NCBI GenBank assembly: GCA_964016885.1
Contig: OZ024742.1
Location: forward strand, 144,584,001 to 144,648,000
From: Eledone cirrhosa
Taxonomy: Eukaryota
DNA length: 64,000 nt
Direction: 5' to 3'
Positions 1-13,385 of the stretch are shown in pieces. The position numbers and the translations under genes were made by a program. The notes beneath the pieces are model-generated. The model saw only the letters and a list, made by a program, of their open reading frames with translations, was not told the DNA's origin and did not search any database. The first letter of the stretch is position 1. Every line of letters starts with the position of its first letter.

Positions 1-300
1 GCGTAGGACAGAACAAAGGAGTGGCACAAGAACAAAGAAAAGAATCCCCTGTCACTGAAGAGGTCACAGAATGTGTGACAAAAGAACTTTGACAATATAT
101 AAACAACCATCTGGTTGTGGAACCAACCAACCAACCGGAAATTTATAAATTCCTAAATTTATAAATTTACTATAATAAATTGAAGTGAAAGCAACTGGTG
201 CGTGTGTTTCTTATTGGCAACATGACCCTCCCAAAGTATAACAATATCGGTTTCAACACACGTTTTCAGATAAAGAATCTTGCTAAACAAATTTAGAAAC
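1..300 (+). mobile_element. Penelope-like pseudo-LTR (3' end), related to the family at 7600-12658
   Basis: Hammerhead-like motif at 50-94. Segment 222-283 (atgaccctcccaaagtataacaatatcggtttcaacacacg...) resembles the reverse complement of 7600-7667. Ends at a (TA)n tract. Confidence 0.7.
50..94 (+). ncRNA. Minimal type I hammerhead ribozyme motif with a G12A core change (probably inactive copy)
   Basis: TGTCA-CTGAAGA-G-GTCACA gaatg TGTGAC-AAAAG aa CTT-TGACA: stem I TGTCA/TGACA, 6-bp stem II, AAAA in place of GAAA. Confidence 0.7.
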
Positions 301-395
301 GAAATATATATATATATATATAAACAAACGTATTTATTTCACGAGGCTCGATAAGGATAAATATATATCAAATATATAAGAACCCTAGAGCAAAT

Positions 396-423
396 CCCGA
401 GCAACGCCGGGCCATTCTGCTAT
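396..423 (+). mobile_element. Helitron 3' terminus remnant
   Basis: CCCGAGCAACGCCGGG hairpin then CCATTCTG-CTAT, nearly the same as the Helitron end at 48551-48578 (CTAG changed to CTAT). Confidence 0.6.
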
Positions 424-519
424 AAATATATATATTCAATTGAAGAAAGCTGGTTGATTGAAAATCACTCCACGGTTTGTGTTCATCCGAAGTTTTATTA
501 TAAATAGGGATGTATACCA

Positions 520-1443
520 GCTGGACCCTGGTATCGGTGGAACATCCACATCGGCGTTCTATAGAGGGCTAGTGGAAGGAAAGAGCGACGATGTTCTCGG
601 AGAGACCCTGGGCGTCGAAGACGATCAGCTGTTCGCTCTCGTCAAGAGAACTTTCAGACCGGAGACTATGGACACTTCCAGAAATCCCTGGCCTGGCAGT
701 GCTACCGGGGAGCGTTGCCGGTTCGGGATAAGCTCTACAGGCACGGAGGTGCTGTAAGCCGAGATGCGCGCAGGGCGACGAAACCGTCCTGCACGCACTC
801 GTTCAGTGCCCGAGGATTGCTTACTTGTGGAGCTATGTCGAACAGCTGCTGTCGCGTGTAGGACGGATCCGGTTATCGACTGTGTCTATTGTGCAGACAG
901 TCCCGCCATCCTCCTTTAAAGAGGGGGAAAGGCAGGCAGTTTTCATCTGCCTGGTGGCCATGGCGAAAGAGATTGTGTGGTGGACAAGGTTGAAAGGGTT
1001 GAAGACGGACACTTTCCTCTTCGGCCAATCCCTGATTAACTTTTTAAAGTTTCACTTGAAGAGGAAAATCAGGGTGGAGAGACAAGTGCTGTCTTCAAAT
1101 AAGTTTGTTGAAAGGTGGGTGAAAGTGGTGAGTCTGGTCCGAGTGAACGGGCCCGCTCTGAGTATACGCCTGTAGACTAAGGAGTGGGAAAAGTGAGAGA
1201 GGGCGCTTGCCCTGGTGGTCAGGGTGGCCGTGGTCTTTTGTGTGATTTTCACCACGAGTGACCCTCGGAGGTTTCCCCCTTTTGGGGGAATTTTTGTTGT
1301 TTGAATTTTTTTGGATTTCTAGCCCGATTTTGTTATAACCTGTTTTTCACGACCAAAACCCACTTTGTATCGTTCTGTACTGTTCTGTGCCGTCTCTAAT
1401 GTTTTTCTTCATGTCAGCCCTTGTGGCCAATAAAGAAAGCATT
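520..1443 (+). mobile_element. 5'-truncated Tx1/L1-clade LINE (ORF2 C-terminus and 3' UTR)
   Basis: Colinear with 6420-7336 (AFYRGLVE.KSDD, ETVLHALVQCP, MAKEIVWWTRLKGLK); ends AATAAAGAAAGCATT; frameshifted. Confidence 0.9.
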
Positions 1444-1650
1444 AGAGGGTCGGACGCCATGCATTCCAGCATAGTTATGTCCCTTTACGATCTGAGTTCA
1501 AATCCCGCCGTGGTTGACTTTGCCTTTCATCCTTACGGGGTCGATAAAATAAAGTACCAGTAATGTACTTGATAATTGCTGGCCTTGTGCTAAAAGTAGA
1601 AACAATTATTATTATTATTATTATTATTGTTGTTGTTGTTATTATTATTA
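1443..1650 (+). mobile_element. tRNA-derived SINE (family 1), 5'-clipped, with (ATT)/(GTT) tail
   Basis: B-box-like GAGTTCAAATCCC, central GCCTTTCATCCTTACGGGGTCGATAAAATAAAGTACCAG, end AAAAGTAGAAACAATT; more than 10 copies in the window. Confidence 0.9.
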
Positions 1651-1851
1651 TGTGCTGAATCTCTCGAGACGTGTGGAACTACTACGGAGTAAGTCAGTTG
1701 AATTTTATGAACTTATCGAAACTTTTATATAGTAACTATTACATTGTTGTGTAGTTAAAGAACCTCTCTTTCAAAGGAGGTGGTTTTTTTAAGGGCTGAA
1801 TTTGTATTTATTTACAATCGTACACCCTCAATTTTTTGTTAAAAAAAAAAC

Positions 1852-3259
1852 ATGGCGGACAAAAAAAATTGTCCACTGAGAGGAACAGCGGGTTGTTCGG
1901 AGGGTAGAACAGCCAATTTCGTCCAATCACAAGGCAAAGGCAAGAACAACAGAAACAGCAGCAGCCACTGTAGCAGTGGCGGTGACAACAACAGCAGCAG
2001 CAGCGACAGTGTCAGTGGTGGTGACAACAGCAGCAGCAGCGTCTGGAACAGTAGCAGCAGCGCAAACTACGACGAAAAATTTACCGCATTAGAAGAATCA
2101 GACACCACCGCCACCTCAATAACAACAATAACAGCAGCAACAGCCATAAAGATTCTAGGGAGCAACAACTGTAACAGCAGCAACACAGAAAAAAACCCAA
2201 CAAGAACACCACCACCACCACCCCAACAACAACAACAACAACAACAGCAACAAAGGCAAGACTAGCGATGAGTCAGCACAACCACAACCACGTCGTTCGC
2301 TAAAGCCGAAAAAAATGTTGAACGGATACACATCACCAATGAGGAGATAAAGCAAACCAAGATCTTGCTTAAAAACACCGGAAACAGGGTAAGTCTCGCC
2401 TGCCCAGCTAATATAATGAAAAACAAGCTTTTGTGTTCGGTCAGTTATCGCACAATAAAATCGCGCCGAGTCGAACGGGCAACGGAGTCACAGGTCCAAA
2501 GGGCTATGGGTGCCATCTGGGCACAGAAAACATACATAGCCCGAGGATCGAGGTTTGGTACTGTGGATGTGCTCTTCACTATACCGGAAAAAACCAGAGC
2601 ACACTCCATTGCGCCACTCCGCAGTGACGAAATAATAATGATGCCCACATACTGTGGCCAGAAAGTCGTGAGGGTTCGTGAAACCCAGGTTCCGCCCTCA
2701 GGGGAGATCACGTGGTTGATGGGGGCCGTCCTCGCTGACGTCGAGGATTCAACAACTATACTCGTAATCATGCGAATAAGACAGGAGAATTGGGTAGGGT
2801 GGAGGATGGCGCTAATCATCCAATCAAACCATGAGAGCATCGAGGCCATCCCTGATGTAATAGACCTGGACGACGGCAGCCATCTACCCGTGACTGTCGA
2901 AGGTAGGCGCCCAAGGTGTCATGGATGCGGTGACAAGACGCACATTAAGGCCGTCTGCCCAAAACTCACTAAAACGGGCACGCGTCCCCCCCCCCCCCCC
3001 CCTTCGCCCTACGCCGTGCTCAGCGACTGGAGTGGAGAAACCAACCAAGACCCCAGTGACAGAAAAAAAATCACTATCCCCAACAACAAAAGCACCATCT
3101 CCTCCACCACAAACAGAACCAATGGAGAACAGGCCACTTCCCGATATTGCTAAATCGGACAAGGAGTGCGATGAGGGCGAAGGATGGAAAACCATCCCAG
3201 CAAAAAAAAAAGGAAGAACACCCTACCTTCACCCTCCCCCCCAAAAAGAGGAAGAATGA
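1852..3259 (+). pseudogene. Tx1 ORF1 (gag-like nucleic-acid-binding protein), frameshifted
   Basis: ORF pieces 1852-2265, 2365-3153 and 2921-3259; CHGCGDKTHIKAVC is a CX2CX4HX4C knuckle preceded by PVTVEGRRP; low-complexity N- and C-termini. Confidence 0.8.
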
Positions 3260-3785
3260 AACAAAAAAAGAAAATGAAAACGATCCCACCTCCTCCACCA
3301 CCATCAACAGCCACACCCCTACAACCACCTACACCAACACCACCACCGCCACCATAAGCATCTACCCCATCGTCACCTCCAATAACACCACAGCAAACAC
3401 AGAAAGCACCAACACCCCAACAGCAGACACAATACACAGACAACACAATTCTTTAAAATGATATTCAACACCACACCCCAACATCACAGGAATAAACTAC
3501 GTACAGACCACCAAAATTGCACCCCTCACACACATAAAAATAATAGACCCCCCCCCCCCCCCCCCCCCAAAAAAAAAGAAAAAATTACATGACATTAAAA
3601 AAATGTTCCACACATCAATTGGAGACTACCGAGGGACCATAACTAAAATAATATTCACAGACATTCTCGTGGAGAAACCCGCCATTGATCGGAGGGATGG
3701 ATCACCCACCCCTTCTAAAAATGAGCCACAAGTAAATTCTTTTTACTTTTCCCCTCTCTCTTGTTTTCCTCCTATCCTAGCCAAC

Positions 3786-6700
3786 ATGGCTTCTTGAGAG
3801 AAGGATAGGTAGCATAAATGCACGTGGCCACCTGCTCAACGATCTCAGGCCATCAGCGAGACCAGAATCTTCGAGGCATGGGCATTCGCACCCATTTTCT
3901 GTGGCTACGAGGTGTACACATCTCGAAGTCGTCTCGGATTGGGGAGGGGGGGATGTGTTGTTCCGGAGAAGTCTGGATCTCGAGATACGGGCCGTCCTCT
4001 TACACCCAGAAGCTAAGCTGGTGTTGCTGGACGTGACCAGCGGAGAAGAGTAAGCTTTCAGGCTAGTGGCCGTCTATGCCCCGACAGGACCAGGACGGCC
4101 TGACTTCTTCCGGCGTCTGGAGACCTTTCTTGGAACCTTTCTTTAGTGCTAGTAGGCGACTGGAACGGGATCTTAGATGCACGCTGGGACTGTGTGGGAT
4201 TAGCGGATAGGGGAGGAGGGTGTAAAAGCCTGCTCAGACGTTTTCAACTGTCTGACATGTACCGGTTGGATTTCCCGAATGTACCAACGTGGACTTGGAC
4301 AAACCGTATCGGGTCATCCAGATCATATCTAGATAGGGTATTTTGTAGGGAAATAGATAGGTCTAGCATAGGTTGTCCACAATTCAAGATAGTCGACTAC
4401 ACGGACCACAAATTCGTGATCTGTTTGGTTGACTTAGATAGACTTCATACACAAGGACCAGGCTACTGGAAGCTAAAGGCGTCGTTAACAGCGTGCAAAG
4501 CTTACAGAGACCGGATTAGCGAATTAGTTAAGCGGGCGATAGTGGTTTGACCTGAAAAGAGCGATTAGAATAGAGTCCATTAGGTTTAGTAAGGAGTTAG
4601 TAATAGAGAAAAATAGAGCAGAGGGAGATCAAGTTAGCAAATTAGACAAGGTGCTTAGTAAAGGCATCGCGACCGATGTGCTTGCGGCGAAATTGACTCT
4701 CGACTAATTTTTCAACGCAAAGCACGAGAACTGCGTTATCAGAGCTAGGGTGCGTACTCTCAGACACGAGGGGATGAAAGCCGTTCGATGGGCCTTGGTG
4801 ACGGAGGCGCGTCGTGACAACAAAGCCACGATCAGGTTTTGGCGGACCACGACGGGCGCATGCTACTCGATCCCGGGCAGATGTGTGCGGCTTTTCAGCA
4901 GCACTTTGCTCAGCTATTCGGAAGCAGTGGTGGGCCGGATCGACGGATGGACTTTAGTGCCTACCTTGACGGACTGCCGCGGCTCTCGGCCACTAAGGCG
5001 GGGTGTTGCGAAAAGACGATAACAGCTGCTGAAGTACGGGAGGCAATGACTGGTTGCACAAGGGGTAAATCGCCTAGTTTGGATGGTCTGCCCTACGAAC
5101 TTTACGGACACCTCTTGGCGGATGTCTACTGCAACTGGCAGCAGAACGGGAGAATTCCCAGCTCTGTGAGCCGAGGAGCGGTGGCGCTGCTGAGAAAGGA
5201 TCCGAACAAGGGGGATAACATAGATAATTTCAGGCCCATAACTCTGCTAAACACCGTATTCAAGATTTTGGCTAAGATGCTAGCAAAAAAGGTTGGCGCT
5301 TGTCGTCGTTGGTCTGGTGAGAGAGGCGCAGACATGCGCCATTCCAGACAGATCCATCCACGACAACCTCCACCTCATGCGATACATCGTAAAGAGGGTA
5401 GCTAGGGAACCTGGCACGGGTGGGTCTTTGATCAATTTATATCAGTCAAAAGCTTTCGATAGCATCGATCATCGTTATCTGGCGGCAGTCCTGAGGGCGG
5501 CTGGCTTTGGGCCTGTCTTCAGAGGCTAGATTGCTGCCATGCACAGCGACATCTGTGGTGAGGGTGAACGGTCACCTTTTGGAATCGTTCAACATCATAA
5601 CCTCGGTCCGCGAAGTATGTCCTCTCTCGTCTCTGTTGTACATATTGACTCTCGAGCCATTACTGCACAAACTGAAGAAGTTGAAAGGGATCCCGCTCGA
5701 ACTGGGATGCGGAAGAACCGTGTCAGCATATGCAGACGATGTCACCGTAGTGGTGTCGAACGCCAAACACATCTTGGCAATCGGCACCACACTAAGAGAA
5801 TACGAGGCGGTGACAGGAGCAATGATCAACCAGGAAAAGTCGGTGGGCATGCAACTCAGCACCTGGAGAGGCAGGTCCATGCCGTCCAACAGCGTCGTCG
5901 GGCGCTGGACGGACGGACCGGTTAAATTGCTAGGGGTCTGGTTCGGTCGGGACTTCCAGACGGACAAAAACTGGGACGAGGTGACGAGCAGGGTGGCCTC
6001 TCTCACCCATAAATGGGCAGAGAGAAAGCTATTTCTGAAAGGTCGAGCGGAGGTGGAGAATGCGTACATCGCGTCTGTCATCTACCACCGCCTGACCGCC
6101 GTGCCTTGTCCTAAGCCTTGCCTGACTGCGCTGGAGGGTTTGCTCTTTCGCTTTTTGTGGAAGGGACGCGCTCCGATAGTCAGGCGGTCCATCTGGTGTC
6201 AACACCCGCTACATGGACATGCCGTTCATGCCGTGGCTGATGGTGCGCAGACACGCGCTCAGGCTACGACATCTCCACCTCTTCCTCGACGGTGATCAGG
6301 TGTGGTCGCCGTTTGCTAGACGCGTCTTTCCCCAGCTCGTCCTGGGTCAACCGAAGACCGAGAGGGAGCGCTTGGAGACTGGAATGTCTTCAGACGCTCA
6401 CAGCTCTCGACCAATCGGGCAATGTGATCGGTGGAAACTCTACCTTGGCGTTCTATAGAGGATTAGTGAAGGAGAAGAGCGACGACGTAGTTGGGGAAAC
6501 TCTAGGCGTCGAAGAAAATCAACTAGCCAATCTCTTCGGAAGAACTTTCGGGCCGGGGCCTATGGACAACTTCCAGAAATCCCTGGCCTGGCAGTGCTAC
6601 CGAGGAGCTTTGCAAGTTCGGGATAAACTCTACAGGCATGGAGGTGCCGTCAGCCGGGCATGTCCGAGATGCGCGCAGGGTGACGAAACCGTCCTGCACG

Positions 6701-7076
6701 CACTCGTCCAGTGTCCGAGCATTGCTGACTTGTGGGTTTATGTCGAACACCTGCTGTCGCGTGTAGGACGGATCCAACTATCAGCTGAGTCCATCGTGAG
6801 GATTGCCCCGCCCTCTTCCTTTATCCCGGAGGGCAAGCAATCTTTATCTGTCTGGTGGCCATGGCGAAAGAGATAGTATGGTGCACGCGTTTGAAAGGGC
6901 TGAAGACGAGCACTTACCTCTTTGGTGATGCCCTGATTAACTTTTTCAAATTTCATTTAAAAAGGAGAATCAGGGTAGAGAGTGAAGTGGTCTCTTCCCA
7001 GCTTTTTGTTGAAAGATGGGTGAGAGAGGCAAGAATGGCCCGTGTGAATGGGCCTACTCTGAGTATGTGCTTGTAA
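3786..7076 (+). pseudogene. Tx1 ORF2 (APE endonuclease, reverse transcriptase, zinc finger), multiple frameshifts and stops
   Basis: Motifs IGSINARG, LVGDWNGIL, SYLDRVF, TDHK, GPGYWKL, KSPSLDGLP, NFRPITLLN, QSKAFDSIDH, CPLSSLLY, SAYADDV, KLLGV, CPRC...ETVLHALVQC. Confidence 0.93.
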
Positions 7077-7343
7077 ATTGAAGGTGGAAAACTGGGAGAG
7101 GGCACTTGCCCTGGTGGACAGGGTCACCGTGGCTTTTTTTAATGGGCTTTCACCACGAATGTCCCTCGGAAGACTCCCCACTATTGGGTAATTTTTCGTT
7201 GTTTCTTTTTTTGTTACACCCTCTTTTTTTGTTTTTTTTTACTCACAGAAATGCCCATTTGTACCATCCTGTATCGTCCTGTACTGTCCTTAATGTCTAC
7301 TTTGTGTAAACCCTTGTGGTTAATAAAGAAAGCATTATTATTG

Positions 7344-7394
<51 letters not shown>

Positions 7395-7395
<1 letters not shown>

Positions 7396-7565
7396 CAATA
7401 ATTTTTATAAAATTTTTTTTTTTTAAATTTTCTTGTTTTACGTCTTTTATATTATTGTTCTGCATTCTCCTGCATCGAACCACCTAGGTACTATGACATA
7501 ACCTGTGTATTTGCTGGCATTGGCGTACATCTGTGCGCTTATGTTAGTAAATATATTAAATTATC
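7395..7565. repeat. Dispersed repeat (probable PLE tail fragment) in (TA)n; second copy at 37066-37215
   Basis: ttttcttgttttacgtc...ttattgttctgcat...gaaccac...aacctgtgtatttgctggcat is similar to 37080-37210. Confidence 0.65.
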
Positions 7566-7599
<34 letters not shown>

Positions 7600-10058
7600 G
7601 TTTTGCGAGGTTTTTTATATGAAATCGTGTGTCGAAACAAATATTGTTATACTTGGGGAGGGTCATATTTGTGTAATATTGCCAGAATTAATAAAAGAAC
7701 ACACTCACGGTTTGGTTGGTTTTCGCTTCTGTGTCTTTTATATCGGTTAATTTAATTTATTCGGTGCTCAATGTTGCCATTGACTGACCAACAGTCAAAA
7801 ATACAGATACAATACAGACACAAACACATATATATAGTCTATCAAAGTTCTTTCGTTGTACATCTGCAACATCGTCAGTGGTGCTATTGTTTCCTCCCGT
7901 TGCATTGTATGTCTACGCTATCTTTATTTAATCTGTTTATATATTTATGTATTTGTTTAATTTTTGTCTTTTTGCGCATGCGTTTGCGTGTGTGTATAGT
8001 GTTTTGTTTGATCTGTGTTCATGTTTGGGTGACTGTGTATTGGTTAATGTATTCTATCTTTACTAGTGTGTGTTTATATGTGTTTGTTGTTATTGTGATT
8101 GTGTATGTATTTATTTATTTATCTATTTATTTATTTATTTATTTATACTTCTCTTAGGTCAGTGTTGTTTGTTTGGGTGTTGTTGTTATTCCATTCATTT
8201 TTTCTGTTTAGCCTTGGCCTTCTAAGTTCTATTTCACTGGCCTCTCTGTTTTGCCTATCTGCTGGGTCATTTCTGTTTAGATAGTATTCTAATTTCTATT
8301 TTGTCTATGTTACCGTCGTGTTGTTGTCTGGCATGTTCGTATAGTAGTGAACCGTTTTTACATATGATGCATTTCCTATTAGTACAGTGGGTTTTCTTAA
8401 AAGGGTAGGTTTTGCTGATTAGGGATTTTGTGGTGGTTCCTGGCTTTTCTACCACCTTAATCTTTAAGTGGGTCTTTCCCAGGCCCTTTCTACACTGGTT
8501 AGCTAATTTCCCAACAGGGGTAGCGTCTACAAACTTGACACTCTGGTATCTCTGGTTGTCGTACCATGAAGTGGCTTTCCCTATCTTATGTCTAGCCCTA
8601 TCTAAGCTATTCCATTATTTGCTCCTGTATAATGGGCAAATTCCTTTCATGTCCAGTTCTATGAGGGTCTTATACTTCTCCGTGGCTCCTTCGTATACTC
8701 TGATTCTGTCTCTTTGGTTGTAGCCAGAGAACTGCATGCGGTTGATGAAGTGTTGGATGTGTCTTTCCATTTCTGTTGGATCGCACATGCGGGACACGTT
8801 CTTCATCACTCGTACCTAGTCTGCGATCAGAATATTAAACTTAGCACGACTGGACATTGCTGAGTTTTTGAGTATCAGGTATTTGGGGGCCATGAGTTTA
8901 GCATAGTGTGAGTGGAGAATTTGGACTCTCTCGTCTATAGTGTTAATCCAGAGTTCCGTGTCTAATACAGGTAGTCTATTGTTAGAGTGTTTGGAAGGGT
9001 AGTCGATAGTTACAGTTATACTCTGGTGCATGGAATTATCTATCTGCTGGATGCTTTCCATTGTGCTATGTTCTAAATCAAACTTGTTAGGGCTCTCTTG
9101 TGGGGAAGTTCTTATTACTATATCGATACGTCTACGTAACGAGAGTACATGATGAGGTCAAGGAGATCTTTAAGTCTCCTTTCCCACCATACCATAAAAA
9201 GGTTGGCAACGTCACCATCTATGCTGACGCCAATGGCTGCTCCCTCATTTTGGGTGTAAATATTCTCGTTGAATTTGAATATGTGGCCCTTTAGAGTAGT
9301 TTTGATACTAGCCCCTATTGCATATGCGACCATTTTTCTTACCTGATCAGTTCTGGGGGGTCCGTATAGCTTTGGTCCACCCAATCCACCTTCCCATGGG
9401 AGTCTTTTAGCCATTGAGGTTATGGTGGGGGGGGGGGGGGGTGTCTACCTCTTATGGGTCTACTGGGGCAGAAACGTCTAAGGTCTTGGCTGTCTAGGTA
9501 GTCAGTGTCATAGGTAAGTCTAAGTAGGAGGCCCAGTTCGTCTGTGTCGACGTCGCAGAACCCCACCTCACTCTCAATGATCATCTCCACACATTTTTCC
9601 ACAGCAAAATCAATGTTAATGGATGGTTACAGTGATACCACATCCATACTGCCTATTATGCAGTTGGATTGGTTCCTGTTTTCGTTGCACTCGCTGATTC
9701 TGCTGAGGAGGTCCTCTGTACTGTCACATACATCTGGGGACATCTTGATTATGGGGCGTATAACCATTGAGAGGAATTAGGAGATCGTGTAGTTGCTAGC
9801 TATGTTTGCTCCGCATAGAGGTCTTGTTTGTGGTCCTGTTGTCGCGTCGTCTCGACTGTCTTGTGGTCTTTGCGGAGCCCATACAAGGGTGGTATGCCAT
9901 TGTTAGACGCCTGGAAGTCGTTGGCAGTGCGTCTGCTTGGCTTTAGGATGTCGGTCCACATCATCATGTTGAGGATTTTCACTCTTCCATCATGTATTTG
10001 GTGTACAATTTCGCTCGTGTTGGTGATGTGATGTTGCATAGCCTTGATGTAGTTCGGC
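7600..10058 (-). mobile_element. Penelope-like element (decayed RT and pLTR), left arm of a head-to-head inverted pair
   Basis: Minus-strand pieces IPPLYGLRKDHK, QNEGAAIGVS..GDVANLFM, YSRYVD, LPVLDTELW; reverse complement of 10094-12658; about 150 bp of the GIY-YIG region missing near 8360. Confidence 0.92.
7840..7882 (-). ncRNA. Hammerhead ribozyme motif in pLTR (weak stem I)
   Basis: Minus strand reads CA-CTGACGA-T-GTTG cagatgta CAAC-GAAAG aa CTT-TG; same motif as 12426-12463. Confidence 0.6.
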
Positions 10059-11601
10059 TGTAGTAAGTCTGATAGGGTGTCCATAGACAGCATGCCGAAC
10101 TACATCCAGGCTATGCAACCCCACATCACCAACACGAGCGAAATTGCACAGCAAATACATGATGGGAGAGTGAAAATCCTCAACATGATGATGTAGACCG
10201 ACATCCTAAAGCCAAGCAGACGCACTGCCAACAACTTCCAGGCGTCTAACAATGACATACCACCCTTGTATTGGCTCCGGAAGGACCACAAGACAGTCGA
10301 CGACCCGACAACAGGACCACCAACAAGACCCGTATGCGGACCAAACATAGCTAGCAACTACAGGATCTCCTAATTCCTCTCAATGGTTATACGCCCTATA
10401 ATCAAGATGTCCCCAGATGTATGTGACAGTACAGAGGACCTCCTCAGCAGAATCAGTGAGTGCAACGAAAACAGGAACCTATCCAACTGCATAATAGGCA
10501 GTATGGACGTGGTATCACTGTACCCATCCATTAACATTGATTTTGCTGTGGAAAAATGTGTGGAGATGATCATTGAGAGTGAGATGGAGTTCTGCGACGT
10601 CGACACAGACGAACTTTGCCTCCTACTTAGACTTACCTATGACACTGACTACCTAGACAGCCAAGACCTTAGACTTTCTGGCTCAGTAGACTCATAAGAG
10701 GTAGACCCCCCCCATAAACTCAATGGCTAAAAAGACTCCCATGGGAAGGTGGATTGGGTGGACCAAAGCTATACGGACCCCCCAAAACTGATCAGGTAAG
10801 AAAAATGGTCGCATATGCAATAGGGGCTAGTATCAAAACTACCCTAAAGGGCAACATATTCAAGTTCAACGAGAAGATCTACACCCAAAATGAGGGAGCA
10901 GCCATTGGCGTCAGCATAGCTGGTGACGTTGCCAACCTTTTTATGGTATGGTGGGAAAGGAGACTTAAAGATCTCCTTGACCTCATCATGTACTCTCGTT
11001 ACGTAGACGATATCAATATAGTAATAAGAACATCCCACAAGAGAGCACTAACAAGTTTGATTTAGAACGTAGCACAATGGAAAGCATCCAGCAGATAGAT
11101 AATTCCATATACCAGAGTATAACTGTAACTATCGACTACCCTTGCAAACACCCTAACAATAGACTACCTATATTAGACACGGAACTCTGGATGAACACTA
11201 TAGACGAGAGAGCCCAAATTCTCCACTCACACTATGCTAAACCCATGGCCTCCAAATACCTGATACTCAAAAACTCAGCAATGTCCAGTAGTGCTAAGTT
11301 TAATATTCTGATCGCAGACTTGGTACGAGTGATGAAGAACGCGTCCCGTATGTGCGACCCAACAGAAATGGAAAGACACATCCAACACTTCATCAACCGC
11401 ATACAGTTCTCTGGCTACAACCAAAGAGACAGAATCAGAGTATACGAAGGAGCCACGGAGAAGTATAAGACCCTCATAGAACTGGACATGAAAGGAATTT
11501 GCCCATTATGCAGGAGCAAATAATGGAATAGCTTAGATAGGGCTAGACATAAGATAGGGAAAGCCACTTCATGGTACGACAACCAGAGATACCAGAGTGT
11601 C

Positions 11602-12156
11602 ATGTTTGTGAACGTTACCCCTGTTGGGAAATTAGCTAACCAGTGTAGAAAGGCCCTGAGAAAGACCCACTTAAAGATTAAGGTGGTAGAAAAGCCAGGA
11701 ACCACCACAATATCCCTGATCAGCAAAACATACCCTTTTAAGAAAACCCACTGTACTATTAGGAAATGTATCATATGTAAAGTAAACCCCCGGATAAACT
11801 GTAAAACTAGAAACGTAGTCTATAGCATGAGATGTACAGAGGGTACTCGTAGAAACATGACAACAACATACATAGGCGAGACAGCTCGTAGCCTAGGTGA
11901 AAGGATAGATCAACACTGGAGGGAACTAAAAGGACGAAATAACGGTTCAGTACTATACGAACATGCCAGACAACAACACGACGGTAACATAGACAACATA
12001 GAAATTAGAATACTATCTAAACATAGAAATTACCCAGCAGATAGGCAAATCAGAGAGGCCAGTGAAATAGAACTTAGAAGGCCAAGGCTAAACAGAACAA
12101 ATGAATGGAATAACAACAACACCCAAACAAACAACACTGACCTAAGAAAAGTATAA
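11602..12156 (+). pseudogene. PLE GIY-YIG endonuclease domain (C-terminal part of a disrupted ORF)
   Basis: HCTIRKCIIC...CKTRNVVYSMRC...YIGETARSLGERIDQH...RQIREASEI...PRLN. Confidence 0.88.
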
Positions 12157-12425
12157 ATAAACAAATAAATAAATAGATAAATAAATAAATACATACACAA
12201 TCACAATAACAACAAACACATATAAACACACACTAGTAAAGATAGAATACATTAACCAATACACAGTCACCCAAACACGAACACACATCAAACAAAACAC
12301 TATACACACACGCAAACGCATGCGCAAAGAAGACAAAAAAAAAACAACAACAAATAAATAAATATATAAACAGACTAAATAAAGATTGCGTAGACATACA
12401 ATGCAACGGGAGGAAACAATAGCAC

Positions 12426-12463
12426 CACTGACGATGTTGCAGATGTCCAACGAAAGAACTTTG
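12426..12463 (+). ncRNA. Hammerhead ribozyme motif in PLE 3' pLTR (weak stem I)
   Basis: CA-CTGACGA-T-GTTG cagatgtc CAAC-GAAAG aa CTT-TG; core intact, stem I only about 2 bp in this copy. Confidence 0.62.
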
Positions 12464-12724
12464 ATAGACTATATATATGTGTTTGTGTCTGTATTGTATC
12501 TGTATTTCTGACCGTTGGTCAGTCAATGGCAACATTGAGGACCGAGTAAATTAAATTAACCGATATAATAGACACAGAAGCGAAAAGCGAAAACCAACCA
12601 AACAGTGAGTGTGTTCTTTTATTAATTTTGGCAATATTACACAAATATGACCCTCCCCTATATATATATATATAAATGTAATCTGAGTTTTTCGAATATT
12701 AATGATAATATTCGATTCGTTTGC

Positions 12725-12767
<43 letters not shown>

Positions 12768-12774
12768 AACACAC

Positions 12775-12972
<198 letters not shown>

Positions 12973-13346
12973 ACCATACATCTTGCTTATATATATATAT
13001 ATATACAGTGGCGGACTGGTCAGGCTGCCAGGTTGACCAATGAAAAATGGACCCCAGGGTGCCCACGGTAGCATTGCAAGAGCCCACAGTAGCATTGCAG
13101 GGCCCCACTGTAGTATTTTAGGGAAACGCTTTGCTTTCAAAAAATTCATGAAATCTAAGAGAAACAATAACATTTTTTTTTAAATTAAATAAATCAATTA
13201 ATCCAAACATTTGGTCAACCAATTCCCCAAGGAATTATTAGAAACCAAAATATATGATAGTGCAAATAGCTGTACATTCTACTAAATCTAAAGCTCAGTG
13301 TATTCATTCATGCATGCAAACATACATAGTTAGACACAGACACACA

Positions 13347-13383
<37 letters not shown>

Positions 13384-13385
<2 letters not shown>

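Larger units (their letters stand above)
1651..7336 (+). mobile_element. Near-full-length Tx1/L1-clade non-LTR retrotransposon, disabled
   Basis: Putative 5' UTR, ORF1 with CCHC knuckle, ORF2 with APE endonuclease, RT and C-terminal zinc finger, 3' UTR with AATAAA followed by (ATT)/(TA)n. The 5' boundary is approximate. Confidence 0.92.
10062..12658 (+). mobile_element. Penelope-like element (5'-truncated RT, GIY-YIG, pLTR), right arm of the inverted pair
   Basis: SMDVVSLYPSI, QNEGAAIGVSIAGDVANLFM, YSRYVDD, HYAKPMAS; GIY-YIG NVVYSMRC...YIGETARSL.ER..H; ends in (TA)n. Confidence 0.93.
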
